From Selaginella moellendorffii (lineage: Eukaryota > Plantae > Lycopodiophyta), in the NCBI RefSeq assembly GCF_000143415.4, contig NW_003314263.1:3606451-3670450 (forward strand): a stretch of DNA of 64,000 nucleotides, written 5' to 3'. Position numbers and translations under genes: made by a program. Below the pieces are notes generated by a model. That model had not been told where the DNA came from and ran no database searches. It was given only the letters and a program-made list of their open reading frames with translations. Shown here piece by piece: positions 12,593 through 24,475 of this stretch. Every line of letters starts with the position of its first letter. Position 1 is the stretch's first letter.

Positions 12593-14352
12593 GCTTTGAA
12601 ACTCGAGTTCCACTCCGCTGTCCTTTGGACATGTGGCATGTGGTATGTGACACATGGCAATCTATAGAGGTTAAAAAATAGATGAAAGTCCAAATTTATG
12701 AGATTGCACCCTTGTGTTTGGCTAAAGTTTTTTTATGGGAATCTTAGAGATGATATATACTATTAGTTTAATCATTTTATGGTGATTGCTACCATCATTC
12801 TTGGGATTATTCTTGGTGTTTGCATAAGTTTTTCAAGTTCTCCAAGGGATGGCATTATAATGGTGTAATGGTTTGAGTGTAGCCACTCGTGTAGATTGGA
12901 GCATTCTTTCGAACGTCTTGAAGCACATATTTGGATATACTAACATTTGTGATGACACCTTCCAACAATTGCATTATCTTCATCTAAATCAGTGATGCAA
13001 TTTGGCATTTGCTTCTAAAGCCTCTTACTTCGTCAAAAGTTTAATATATAAGAGTAGATTTTATAAGACTTGTGCATGCACTTGCTCCAACCACCATTAA
13101 TAATGTTTTTCAATTGATACAACATTATGAAATATTACATTTTCCACTTCTTGTTATATGTCATTTAACTCCACTTCATATGGGAGATAGTCCTGTTTTG
13201 ATGGAGATTAGTGCTGCTATTGTTCATGTTCAAAGACGAGGGTAAAGATGTGGTTGTGGCCATGATATCTATTATTGGGCATGTAATGAGTTGGCTATAC
13301 ATATTAGTGTTGTTGATATTTTTTAGATTGACATCCTCCATTTCCTAGGTGAAGGCCTTGGTGTCAACAATATCTTGTTCGTTCTATTATAGTGGAAGGT
13401 CTTGAATACAAAGAGTCTTTCTGAAAATAAGAGTCATATAAATAGTGAAGGGTTCTTGCACAAATAAGTCATTAACACTTTCATCTTTCTTTCGAGAGTA
13501 CTATCAAGGGGTTCATTTGGCACTAATTCATCAAGTGTGTACTTTCAAAGCTTGTTATTATAACAAAAGGTCTTTAATTCTCTATATATTAGGTGATACA
13601 GGCTCAAGTTTATTTTTTATTGCTTAGCCTGTTGCTACATGTTGCCATCTACAATTTTGTTGTGTGGTAGAGTTAGTCTTCATTTTTTATAGCAATGGCT
13701 ATACATATATATGTGCATGGGATGAAGCAGATCTATTTGTGAGTGTGGGAAATCTTAAGTTTGATCCTTGGTATAAATTATGGCTATATACATGCATGTG
13801 CATGGGATGAAATAGATTATGGGATGAAGTGAATCTAGTTGTGCATATAGAAGATCTTAAGTTTGATCCTTAATATAAATTAGTTGTAGTGCAATCATGC
13901 GAAGTGTGACTTTGAGGCTTTTCCTTTGTATCTCATACTTCCTTATATCTATTACTCTATTTTTTATTCTACTTCATCTTTTTTCTTTTACCTCTACTTC
14001 CATTATAAAATTGTAATGTGTCTGTAAGCTCCTAAGTTTAGACTTTCTGGGAGGTTATCCAACCCAAAAATTGAGTTTGGACTTTTTGGGAGGTCATCTG
14101 GCCTAGTATTATTCAAACCCAAGGACACTTAACCCCAAGTATCTTAAGACTATTAATTGATTGAAAAAAAGGTGCATTTTTATTTATGGGCCCTTTCCCT
14201 TTATATTTGTGTAGTATACATAGTTTTCACTTTTTATCTTATGGTGATTTATTATAGGATAACCATAAAACAAAACCTAAACCCTCCATATGCCATATAT
14301 CATATGCCACATGTCCAAGGATAGTAAAGTGGAACCCGAATTTTAGAGCATT
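12593..14352. mobile_element. Inverted-repeat pair (12593-~12763 and ~14210-14352) enclosing a gag-like remnant
   Basis: GCTTTGAAACTCGAGTTCCACT...GGACATGTGGCATGTGG versus the reverse complement of 14286-14350. Interior ~12830-13000 reads LQGMAL*WCNGLSVATRVDWSILSNVLKHIFG, like retrotransposon gag. No TSD found. Confidence 0.5.
14023..14209 (-). mobile_element. Partial Cassandra-like LTR, copy C, inverted
   Basis: Reverse complement reads GGTTAAGTGTCCTTGGGTTTGAATAATACTAGGCCAGATGACCTCCCAAAAAGTCC and ends GAGCTTACA. A ~40-bp internal duplication repeats the C-box end. Confidence 0.75.
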
Positions 14353-14379
14353 GGGCTAGAGCATTCAATATCCCATAGT

Positions 14380-15199
14380 CAGAATTAGTATGCAAAATGG
14401 AGTTAAACAAAATTTAGCACTATTTTAGCATACCTGTGGCCTAATGCAAGGATATGGGTACTCAATTAGCTAGCATAGAATGAAACTTAAGCTTAAACTC
14501 AAGCCAAACGCAAAACAAAGATAGGTATACAAACGAGAGCTAAACTATGCTTTAGGTTGATCGACCATGCTTAATATACCCATTATCCCTACTATACATT
14601 TAGAACCCCCCCTAGCCCCCCTTCCCTTGAAGAAAGCACACTTTGAGCTTTCATCTTGAGCCACCCTTCGTATCAAGAGTTAGTTTCTATAACAAGTTTG
14701 AAACTTATTAAATATAGAATGGTATTAGATTGCAAATTTGGATGCAAGACTAACACCATTATGTTTAGGATAATTTTTACATTTTATAGATATATTAAAT
14801 TAGCAAATCTAGATGCTTTTCATAAATAACTAATAGAACTAAACAAGACCAATATAAAGGGCATAATAGCGAGGATATTTGGCAAATACAGTAAACTATC
14901 ATTTAGTGATGTTGAGGGACTAGTCTTAATATATAGAGGTTTTTGTTATTAGTTAGTGCAAGACATAACGAGATGAGAATTCCTTACCGGGCTAAGTATA
15001 TTTAGCTAATAGCACTTAGGAATTCCATCCTTATGCTCGTCTAGCCTAAGTACACTCAAAATGCCCAATTAACTCCACTAGTATAAGAGGGACTGATAAA
15101 GGGTCCAACCAATCTCCCCCTGCTATGGCAGTAAAGAAAGAATATCTAAAAGGACTAGTAGACAGGTAATTTTTGATACCTATAATCACATTCGTGACA
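14380..15199 (-). mobile_element. Decayed family-L LTR (same orientation as 1-874)
   Basis: Colinear with ~50-874 and ends GTGACA at 15199; heavy C>T/G>A erosion. Confidence 0.8.
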
Positions 15200-17857
15200 A
15201 TTTAAACCCTTATATACCATTTCTCAAGTTATTCCCTTTAGTTGTTTATAACATCATTTTATTCCAAATGGGAATGCTTATCCAGTCAAAGTTTTTATTC
15301 AGTGTTAATCACCCAAGGAGATCAAAATTTTACATGGGAACGTCAAGGAGATGTTAGAAAAGGGTGTTATTTAAAAATTTTGGAGTCTTTAGATGTGTAA
15401 ACTTTATCTTGTGACAAAGTTTGATAGGAGTATTTACTTTTATATTAACTATCATTTATTAAACAAGATGACTATCCTGAATGTGTACCTTTTTCCTCAT
15501 ATAGCTAATCTTCTAAATTGTTTAAAGAGAAGTCATAAGTTCACCAAGTTATATATTGTTTTGGGTACTAACAAGTGTTAATGGCCAAAGATGATATTCC
15601 TAAGACTATTTTGCATACACTATTTACTTTATATAAGTTATTGATGATGTTGTTCAATTTGAAAAATGCTCTAGCATCTTTTTAGTGGATGATGAATGAA
15701 GTTCTTTGAGATATGTCAGAGGTGATTACTAACTTCATCAATGATGTATTAATCCACTTGAAAGGACATAAAAGACATATCTATGATGTTCTTGAAGTGT
15801 TGGATCGACTATGGGAAGTTGGTTTAAACCTAAAATAATCAAAGTGCGTGTTTGGTCCAAAGACATAACTTATTTTGAGTACTATATTTTTTATGAAGGT
15901 TTGCAAGTTGATCCTAACAAACTTATGATTGTTCAAAAGTTTTTTACTTCGAAGTGTGTAAATGATGTATAATGCTTCTTAGGCAAAACACAATATTTTA
16001 ATTGTTTTATTGATCATCTTTTTTTGTACTACACTATTATGAGTATTTTTGAAATTGTCAACATCATCTTTTATTTAGTTTATGAACTATGAGTAGAAAT
16101 TTATAGATCTTAAAGAGTTGTTAATGACTCCTCTAGTTTTGGACTACCCTAATTACACTTGACTTTTCTTTTTCCACACAGTCTTGGAAATATGTTAATG
16201 TAAAGGAGCTTGAGTGTACTTGGTCAATACCATCTCATTATACACATCAACCCTACATTATAATTAACAAAGGTGGAGTGTTTAATAGTAGTTTAGGATT
16301 TCAAAAAGCTTTATGCATATTTGCATAGTTCTAAACATTACTAGAAGATGATCATGTTGCAATTATTTTGTTATTAAAGTGGAAGAATTTAGTTGGTTAT
16401 ACTATTTGGTGGGCTCTAAAGCTTTCTCAAGCTTATCTCCTGTTCTTAATGATTTGGTTATTTTAGCATTAATGGATTTTTTTGAGGATTTTGTGACATT
16501 GGCAATTGTTGTACGTGATGTTTAATGTCCACAAAGTTTACCTTCTATTGATAAGGTTTATGAAGTTTAAAAGATTAAGCTATGGATCTAAAGGCTTCGT
16601 GAGGGGTTGCATCACTTGCTAATGAGTTGCTATTTTGGCATTTATATTCTTAATATAATCTTGAGAAATACTTTCTTTATTTTATTGGGATTGATCTTAA
16701 TGATCATTTATAGTTGATGGTGCCTTCAATATTTTATTATGACTCTTTTATTCTAGATGTGCATATAGAACATCAATGTATGACTAAGAAGTTATGTAAG
16801 TCTTTCTATTAACTAAAAATGCAACATGATATTATCTAGTATGTGCATAGTTGTGTTTAGTGCCAAGTTTATAATACTCCCCTTCATATTGCAAAAGGAT
16901 GGTTAAAATGTAATTTCCTATCTATTTAAGTTTGTGGCATTTTAGTTGATAGGGCTTTTTCCATATTCCATTGTATATCATTATTGCTTTCAACTACTAA
17001 CTCGCTACATGGAAGTTGGTGCTTTTGCTAGCATAACATTGACTACTGTTAGGTAATTCTTCCTTAATTAAGTGGTATTCCAACATTCCTATCTAGAGTG
17101 GATTCTCTTGGATGGTGGTTCCATATTTATGGTTAATATTTTTTATATTTTAACATTTTAACTAGGGATACACCACACTTTCATGAGTGCTTAGATAAAT
17201 GGCTTGGTGGAATGGTTTGTTCAAACCTTCAAAGGGATGATCATAAAATACATGAACTTTTAACATTCAAATTGGGATAGTTATTTGCCGTTTCTTCGGT
17301 ATGGGTATGTTATAGAGGTATAACGTTTTGTTGGTACTTCACTATATAAACTCAAATGTGATCATGATTCAATACTGCTAACAAAGTTGAGTTTTCCTTC
17401 ATGATTACCATGAACTATCAATGCTAGATCTTGGGATTAATATTATGCTTTATTTCGTTAAAGTGGGACTTTTCATTATCCCACTTATGGTGTGTGGCCA
17501 CATGCCATTTTTATAACAACAATAAAAAATTGAAGTTTTAACTTTATAATTTATAAATTAAAAACTTTTTCATATGATTTTGTGTTATAATATTGTAAAA
17601 TATAAAAAAATAAATTAAAAAACTGATAGAAATATTAATAAATATTAATTAAGTACTAGGAAATGGCATGTGGACACATGCTAATTAATGTCCCACTTTA
17701 CTGAATAAGTCCCACTTTAACGAAATAAAGCATTATTTAACAAATATTTTTTCACTTGCCTGAGTAGAGTTTGTTGAACACTTGGGCCATATACAAGTGA
17801 GACAACAATGGTACTACAACTCCCATCATCATTCACATGTGGAGTACAAAGTGGATA
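15200..17857 (+). mobile_element. Degenerate Ty3/gypsy pol (RT-RNaseH-integrase)
   Basis: Remnants VKEMLEKGVI...YFYINYHLLNKMTI...PHIANLL and NFINDVLIH (YIDD motif), then integrase NGLVEWFVQTFKGMIIKY. RT precedes INT. Many stops. Confidence 0.8.
17446..17732. mobile_element. Tourist/PIF-Harbinger-like MITE (~287 bp)
   Basis: 26-bp perfect TIRs TGCTTTATTTCGTTAAAGTGGGACTT / AAGTCCCACTTTAACGAAATAAAGCA. TTA target duplication at 17443-17445 and 17733-17735. AT-rich interior. Confidence 0.85.
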
Positions 17858-18194
17858 TGATGCTATATATAATATTGGTATAGTGAGATTTTAATAGCTA
17901 TCAGGTTGATTTTAATTTAGACCACTCACTTTTATATATAAATTAGGGTTTTTGGGCTAATTAATATGCACATTTCTGTATTTCATTTCATCTTCCATGC
18001 ACTCACAATATAATCAATATATAAAGAGAATATTATATTATATTTTACTTTTATATTATTATATGAATGAATATATTATTAGAGTGGATTTGAAGTGGAG
18101 CCACAAATGTCACTCCAATTCCACTCTATTATGACTTGAATTTCAGATACTTTAAAAAGAAAAAAAGAATGAAACACTAAAATTCAATTGTCAT

Positions 18195-19850
18195 TGTTAA
18201 GTGCTAACTTTAACTTTGTTGTCAACATGGGTCAAAAAGAACTCTAGACTTAGGGTAAAGGTTAACCTATCTAAGAGTGGTAGCATAATAGAGATTTTAA
18301 GGTAGCTCATGAGTAGTTGGGTGGTGAAAAACATTAGGAGAAGGTGTAATATAATTTAGGAAGACTAAGTCTTTTAACATTGGTATCAAAGAGAGGTCAT
18401 TGTGATGGCTGACCAAAATGAATGCTAAAATTCTATTATCAATATTGGTGCTAATGATGGTGTCGATGGAGTTGTAGAGATTTAGATTATTCAAAATGTT
18501 ATTCATGAGTTGTAAGCTTTTAATCAAAATCAGCAAAAGATGCAAGACAAGATGATGGATATCATGTATAGGCATGTTGAGGCACTTAAGGTTAGATGTG
18601 GTGGCACTCTAAGTAAGATTTCCTTGATGGATCGACTTAAGATTCCAATTTTTTCTAGTGATAGTGGTGTGGACAAGTGTTTAACTTAACTAGACAATGT
18701 GAAGAAGTTTTTAGTTGCTAAAGGAACTCTATATGCAAAAACTTTAGTGATTATTTTAATGGTTTTACGTGATATGGGTTTTCAATGGTGGAATTGTTTA
18801 AGGAGTCTTATGTTGTGGATAAAAAACAACTAATGTCTAACATAGATGAGTTTGAGGTTGTTTTTTGTTTATGTTTTGCCCCTTATTACAATGTAGAGAA
18901 TGCTCGCATGGAACTTCAATATTTTTAGCAAAGGAAAATGATACTTGAGGATTATATTGAGAAGTTTATTCACTTAATTAGTTATATTCCAACAAAGGAT
19001 CCATATCAAAACAAATTCTACTTCATTAATATCTTTCATAGTGAGAGCATATGGCAATATTTGCATCATTCTCAACTTATAAAGAATTTGGAGAAGTTAT
19101 TTGATATGGCTTGACTTGACAATAATAAATATAAGTCTTCTAAGAATTTGAGAAGTCCTTATGTTGAGAATTGTCATGATGATTATTATGGATACAAAGA
19201 TGGAAACAAACATCATAAATTGAAGTGTATGATGTCTATCTCAAATACAAAAGGGTGGAAGAAGTAGAAGTTTTTTATAAAGAATTATAAACAAAGTTGT
19301 CATTATTGCAGTAAGATTGGACACTACAAGGCTGCTTATCTATAGCTAAAGAACAAGTAATAAAGCAAAAAAAAAGGCCAATTTTCTAATGATGGCAAGT
19401 TGAATATTAAGAAGTTGTAAAATTTGTAATGTGAGAATGACAAAGAAGATTATTTTGGTCGGAGAAAAAAGATTTTGATCATTGCTCATCAACTAAACTA
19501 TGTGTGGAATAAAATGAATTTTAAGGATATTTGTTCATTAACATTAATGTTTGAAGGTGTATTTCATGAAGGTTCAATATAGATTTTATTGGATAATAGG
19601 AGGGATGATAACTTTGTTTTAGCAAAGTTTGTTGAGAAGTACAACTTGGTGATATAAAGACTTCTTCCATTTAGTACTTTATATTATTGATCCATTAAAA
19701 CTTTATAAAAAGGTTTTTTTTTAATTTGGTTTGCTAAAGGATATTGTCAATGATTGAGACTCAAAGTTCATCAATAGATTTTGGAAAAACTTTGCAAAAA
19801 TTATATAAGTGACTTTGAAGCTCTCAAGTGGAAATTATCTTCAAACAGAT
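18195..19850 (+). mobile_element. Degenerate LTR retrotransposon 5' half (putative LTR, PBS, gag, protease)
   Basis: TGTTAA...TTAACA (18195-18379) then TGGTATCAAAG PBS at 18381. Zinc knuckle CHYCSKIGHY (~19298) and protease-like ILLDN...NFV (~19583). Confidence 0.65.
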
Positions 19851-20399
19851 AAGCAAACCAAACATGTGAATTAGGTGGTGAATGATATGCTACAATTCTA
19901 TTTGTCTGTATTTTTTTAATTTTTGAAACATTATTTTCATTTAACATAAAGATTTTACTAGCTATTTTCTTGTCCAAATATTTTGATTATGTATACTCTG
20001 AATCTTCTGATTCTTTTTCTATTATAAATATTGGTAATGATTTGGTTTTCAGTCAATATATAGCATCTTGGCCTACATCATGGTTATTGCGCACTTCCCA
20101 TTTTTTATGGCACTTAAAATCTAGATTGATTTGTATTTTTGGTTTTATGTTATTAATATCACTTATGCTAACTTTGAGCACTGGAAATTTTTTGAGCTCA
20201 CTTTACTGCTGTAACTCTTCAGAATAGTACTTTTATTAACACTTCATTCCATCCCTTTTGTATTGCTGTTTACTCTTCCTTTAGCATATACTACCATAGT
20301 TACTAATCTTATGATAAATGATCAACATGCCTTTGAAATTACAGTTTGTAATTAAAATTGTTGTTTTCTTCAGTACTAACACTTTATGTTTCCAATAAA

Positions 20400-20795
20400 C
20401 AATTCCCATGGTCACTTTGACATTAGTTGTGTGATCTAGTCATATAGCATATTTTTGCCAACAGCTTGAACATTGGAACTCCAATGTTCATGATTCCTGG
20501 ACTATATTTAAAATGTCTGATAAGAACTTATTAATGGCAATGCAAGCCAATATGCCTGAATACACTTTAGTATACTCCACCAAACAAAATCCGGCTCAAT
20601 TATGCTATGGGCTTCAATGAACTGAAACACCTATTGCCACCATATCCCCAAAAATTCATACGTTTCTTTCCAAGTGAGCATCAATAATCTAAGCATATCT
20701 TTTATTTGTTGCAATGGTAGCCCAATGCCATGCAGAACTGAATCCTCAGCAGTCAGATCAGCATTCCCGTGTATCAACCATGTCCCTTGGATTCC
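20400..20795 (-). pseudogene. Decayed paralogous fragment of the ankyrin-TM gene (matches ~7130-7680); may extend to ~19970
   Basis: Minus strand has GGGACATGGTTGATACACGGGAATGCTGATCTGACTGCTGAGGATTC, CTCACTTGGAAAGAA, ATTGAAGCCCAT...TGAGCCGGATTT and TATTGGCTTGCATTGCC, colinear with the intact gene but with short deletions and stops. Confidence 0.8.
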
Positions 20796-21178
20796 AGCCA
20801 AGAATGCGAGAGAAGAACTTCAGGAAAAGCGAGAAAACCTCAGCATACACGAAACAAAAGGTTCCAAGACGCGAAAATGCAGAGAAATCGCATTCGTCCA
20901 GCGAGAAAAACCTTGGGACAAGGAGAAAGTCTCGATATTTCTACCAAGACGCAAGAATGGAAATGGAGGTGAAATCCTACCTGAATCTCGCGAAGCCGCA
21001 TCAATTTCCACAAAGATCGACCAGATTTCGAGCTTCGCTTCGGCGCCTGGTCGATCCATCAGCGCTCGTTGGGAGGGAAGTATCCAGTCGCCAGCTTAAT
21101 CTCCGGTTGAGCCAACCCTAACTCTCTCTCTCCAAGAACCCTAAATAAAACCCCAGGGTTTTTTAGCTCCTCTTCGTC

Positions 21179-22376
21179 ATGAGCATGGCGGCTCGGTTGC
21201 TCGCCAGGCGAACCAGCGCAATGCCGCCGGGGCTCGTCATCGCCAGAGGTATGGCCGTAGCTAGCAATCAGGAGAATGCGGCGGCGGCGGAGGAGTCGCT
21301 CAAGAGCTCGTGGTTCCAGAGGATCAAGGGCCTCTTCGTCCGTGACAAGCCAGCGGAATCAAAGCCGATGGAAGAATCGAAGCCACCGTTGCGAGCATCC
21401 ATCGAGCAAGCGCCCAAGCCTTCCGAGAGTATGGCTTCTAAGATTGTCAACACTGTGAAATCGGCTGTAGCTCCAAGCGTCTATTCTATGGAAGGTAAGC
21501 TCTCTCTTTTTTTTCTTCGCTTGTTCATCGTTCTCTTTACTTCTCTTCCAGCCTTTGCTGACGAGCTCAAGAAGGCCCGGTACGCTGGCTCACTTGTCAA
21601 GGGCGCTTCCAAAGAACAAATCTCCGCTATTCTCGAGAAGCAAGAGAAGATGATCCGAGCTCTAGCCACTTACAAAACAGAAGTAAGCTCTCTCCACTCT
21701 CTTTCCTGATCGATGAAGCTTCCTTCTTTCTTGCGTTGCTGTGTTCTAAAGCTGCAAGCTAGTAGTCAGTGAAGCTTGCGTGATCAAGTTTCTTGCTCTA
21801 CCTCTTCCATCTTTTGCCTGGTTTTGTTTGAAGCAAGGGACAAATCACTGGCTTGCTTGATCAAGTTTCTTGCTCTACCTCTTCCAGTTTTTGCCTGGTT
21901 TTGTTTGAAGCAATGTAGTCTGATTTCCAGGTATACAGATATAAACAATGGTGTGTTGGGTGGGGATTCAGCAAATTGGAGCATCGCAGGTGGCCGAAGT
22001 AGCAGTGAAATGTAAAGCCCGAGCTGAGGAGGTGGAGGACATTCTCTCCAAGTACAAGTGGACCAAAGAAGCTCACAGCAAGGTGGAGAAGCTGAGAAAG
22101 GAAGGGAAGCCTCTCCCAAAGAGTTTTGATGAAGTAAGAGTTTCTCTCCTTTGCGATGAACTGTGTGGCTGTCTTGACAAATGTTTTGGCCTTTCAAGGT
22201 GGAGGCCCTTATGGGTGGACGATGGAAATCGCCCAAGAGCGTCCCTATACTCAGTCGAAACCAGCTGTGCTCTTGCGGCTCTGGGAAGAAATACAAGCGG
22301 TATGGCTGTTCTTTGTGTTCTTCTCGCTGTAAACAGCCCAACTTTCAGGTGTTGTGGACAGACCGCAAGCATCTAG
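21179..22376 (+). CDS. Organelle-targeted SEC-C motif protein, 5 exons (~21179-21493, 21552-21681, 21972-22134, 22199-22299, 22349-22376)
   Basis: Arg/Ala/Ser-rich presequence MSMAARLLARR. C-terminal SEC-C motif RNQLCSCGSGKKYKRCCG assembled across the last intron. Telo-box AACCCTAA upstream. Confidence 0.85.
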
Positions 22377-22843
22377 AACCGAATTTTCGCCATAGTTCTC
22401 CAGTATATTTCACGTATATGAAAAAAAACACTCCAAAGTAGATTTATCAGAGAGTTTTTTGGTTAACTCCTAAAAATAAAATAATTATTTAACGGATTTC
22501 GATTAATGTAATTCTAAACATGTTGTAAACTTCTCTCGATAGCTGGTTTTTACGACATGATGGATAGAGTTGCCCTAAAATCAACGGCTGAGATTTCGAT
22601 AAGACGATTTTTGACAAATATATAATATGCATGGGATATTCTTTTTCTGGAAGAAGCATGACTTCTAGGGTTTCCCTCGTATTAGGGCAATGCCAAAGGC
22701 GCGCGGAAGCGAGGGAACGCTCGGAGGCGCCAGGCGGTGACTGCGGCGCACGATCGCTGCTCAGGGTAGGCCAGGGTAGGATCGATAGATGAGATCGCTT
22801 CGGCAATAGCTGGGGCGGCGCTTGAGATTTTCTCGCAGCAGCG

Positions 22844-24475
22844 ATGGCAACGCATGGGCCGGAGGCTTTGTTTGGTGGATTCCGTGGAGCTGACGGCTCC
22901 AGGCTCAGGAGAATGATGGATTCTTCTTCGTCACAGCGGCCTGTTCGTCCTCTCAGGAAGAGAGGCATAAGAGTGGTGGTGCTTGACGAGGATAAGAATG
23001 CTGGACGGGAGAAATTTGCTTGCTCGGATGAGGAGGAAGACGACGATTGTAAAATCACTGGCTGTTGGTTGCCTCCAAAGAGGCGCCAGTCGAAGAGAGT
23101 CGGCGCCAAGAGGCCTGTGAAGTGGAACTCGGCTGTAAGTGACCACACTGCTACTACCACTACTACTACTACTACTACTGTCGATCTCTCAGACTGTGAG
23201 GTGGAAATCGGTGCTCACAGTGACATACGCAAGCGGTGGGAAGAAGCCGCCGAGAAGAGAAAGAGGTATCAGTCTTTCCCGAAGGCAGGGAAAGCTGGCG
23301 ATGGCGTTAGCGGTGCTCCAAGCGAGAGAAAGCACTCGTCAGGGGACGAGAGCGCATCAACTTCAAGGTGGAACATCAATGAGTCGGATGATGTTCACGT
23401 CCAGTCGATGTTTCACGATCAGGTGGAACCGGAAGTTGTGTTTAAGGAGCACAGACATACGAAGAAACAAGGCGCTGCCAATGGAACGTCTGGGGTGTAC
23501 CAGGCGAAGGGAGAGCCAAGTAGCGGCAATAAGAATTTATTCAGCAGGGAGTTCAAGGAAGAATTAAGGAGGTGCCAGAGCCCGTTCTCCAATGGATTTG
23601 GAGACACGAGGAGAACACCGCCATTGAAGAAGGATCATGGAACCAATAGCGAGACAGCTACACAGAGCCTGGCCGAGAATTGTACACCCTCAAGTGATAT
23701 CGTGACGGACAAATGTGGAGCGTCGGAGTTTATTGCCGATCGCGAGAAAGTCAAGGAGTCTGACGAGTTCAAGAAGGCTGACGAGGAGGAGTGGCAACGT
23801 CGGCAGGAAGAGCTTCAAAAACAGGTTGGCTTTTTCTTTTGCAGTTTATGGTTGTATGTAACGCTCGGCATCTTGTCTTGTTTAGGCACAAGAGGCCCAG
23901 AGGCTCAAGAAAAGAAAGAAAGCAGAGGCCGAGCGACAGCTAGCAATGGAAAGCAGGCAAAAACAACGAGTAGAACAGATTCGCGAGAATCAAATACAGG
24001 TAAAGCTCTCTTTTGTTCTTTTCTTTCTGGTCTTGGCTTTGTCGCTCACGTTGGCTCGGCGTTTTGCAGGAAATGAAGAACAATGGAATCAAGGAGTTGA
24101 TGCGCGGACAAATTCAGAGCGAGCTGGAGCGAAAAGTTGCTGGCTGCCTGGACATGGCCACGGTTCTACATCGTCTTGGGATCGCTGTGGAGGGAGGGGT
24201 TCAATGTACTCCAGAACAGGCATGTCTTTTGTCATTTGCTCGTAAGGTGGCGCATTTTTTTCCCTTTGTTTAACATTGCTGCGAATCACTTGTAGGTGAA
24301 TGCCGCATACAAAAAGGCTATCTTACGGTTCCATCCCGATCGAGCCGCCGCCACCGCGAACAATGATCCTCGGCGACAGGTCGAGGCCGAAGAGACATTC
24401 AAGCTCATCACAAAGATGAAAACATCCCTACAGCTCGTTCCTGCTTCCCTCAAGCCGCGCTCGGCTCGCAAGTGA
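22844..24475 (+). CDS. DnaJ-domain protein with C-terminal J domain, 4 exons
   Basis: Low-complexity N-terminus, coiled coil (EEEWQRRQEELQKQ), last exon VNAAYKKAILRFHPDR...AEETFKLI with the HPD motif. TGA at 24473-24475. Confidence 0.85.

Noticed and set aside
20674-21121. Plus-strand 135-141 aa ORFs
   Set aside because: No recognisable motifs; they are antisense to the ankyrin pseudogene fragment and its putative leader.
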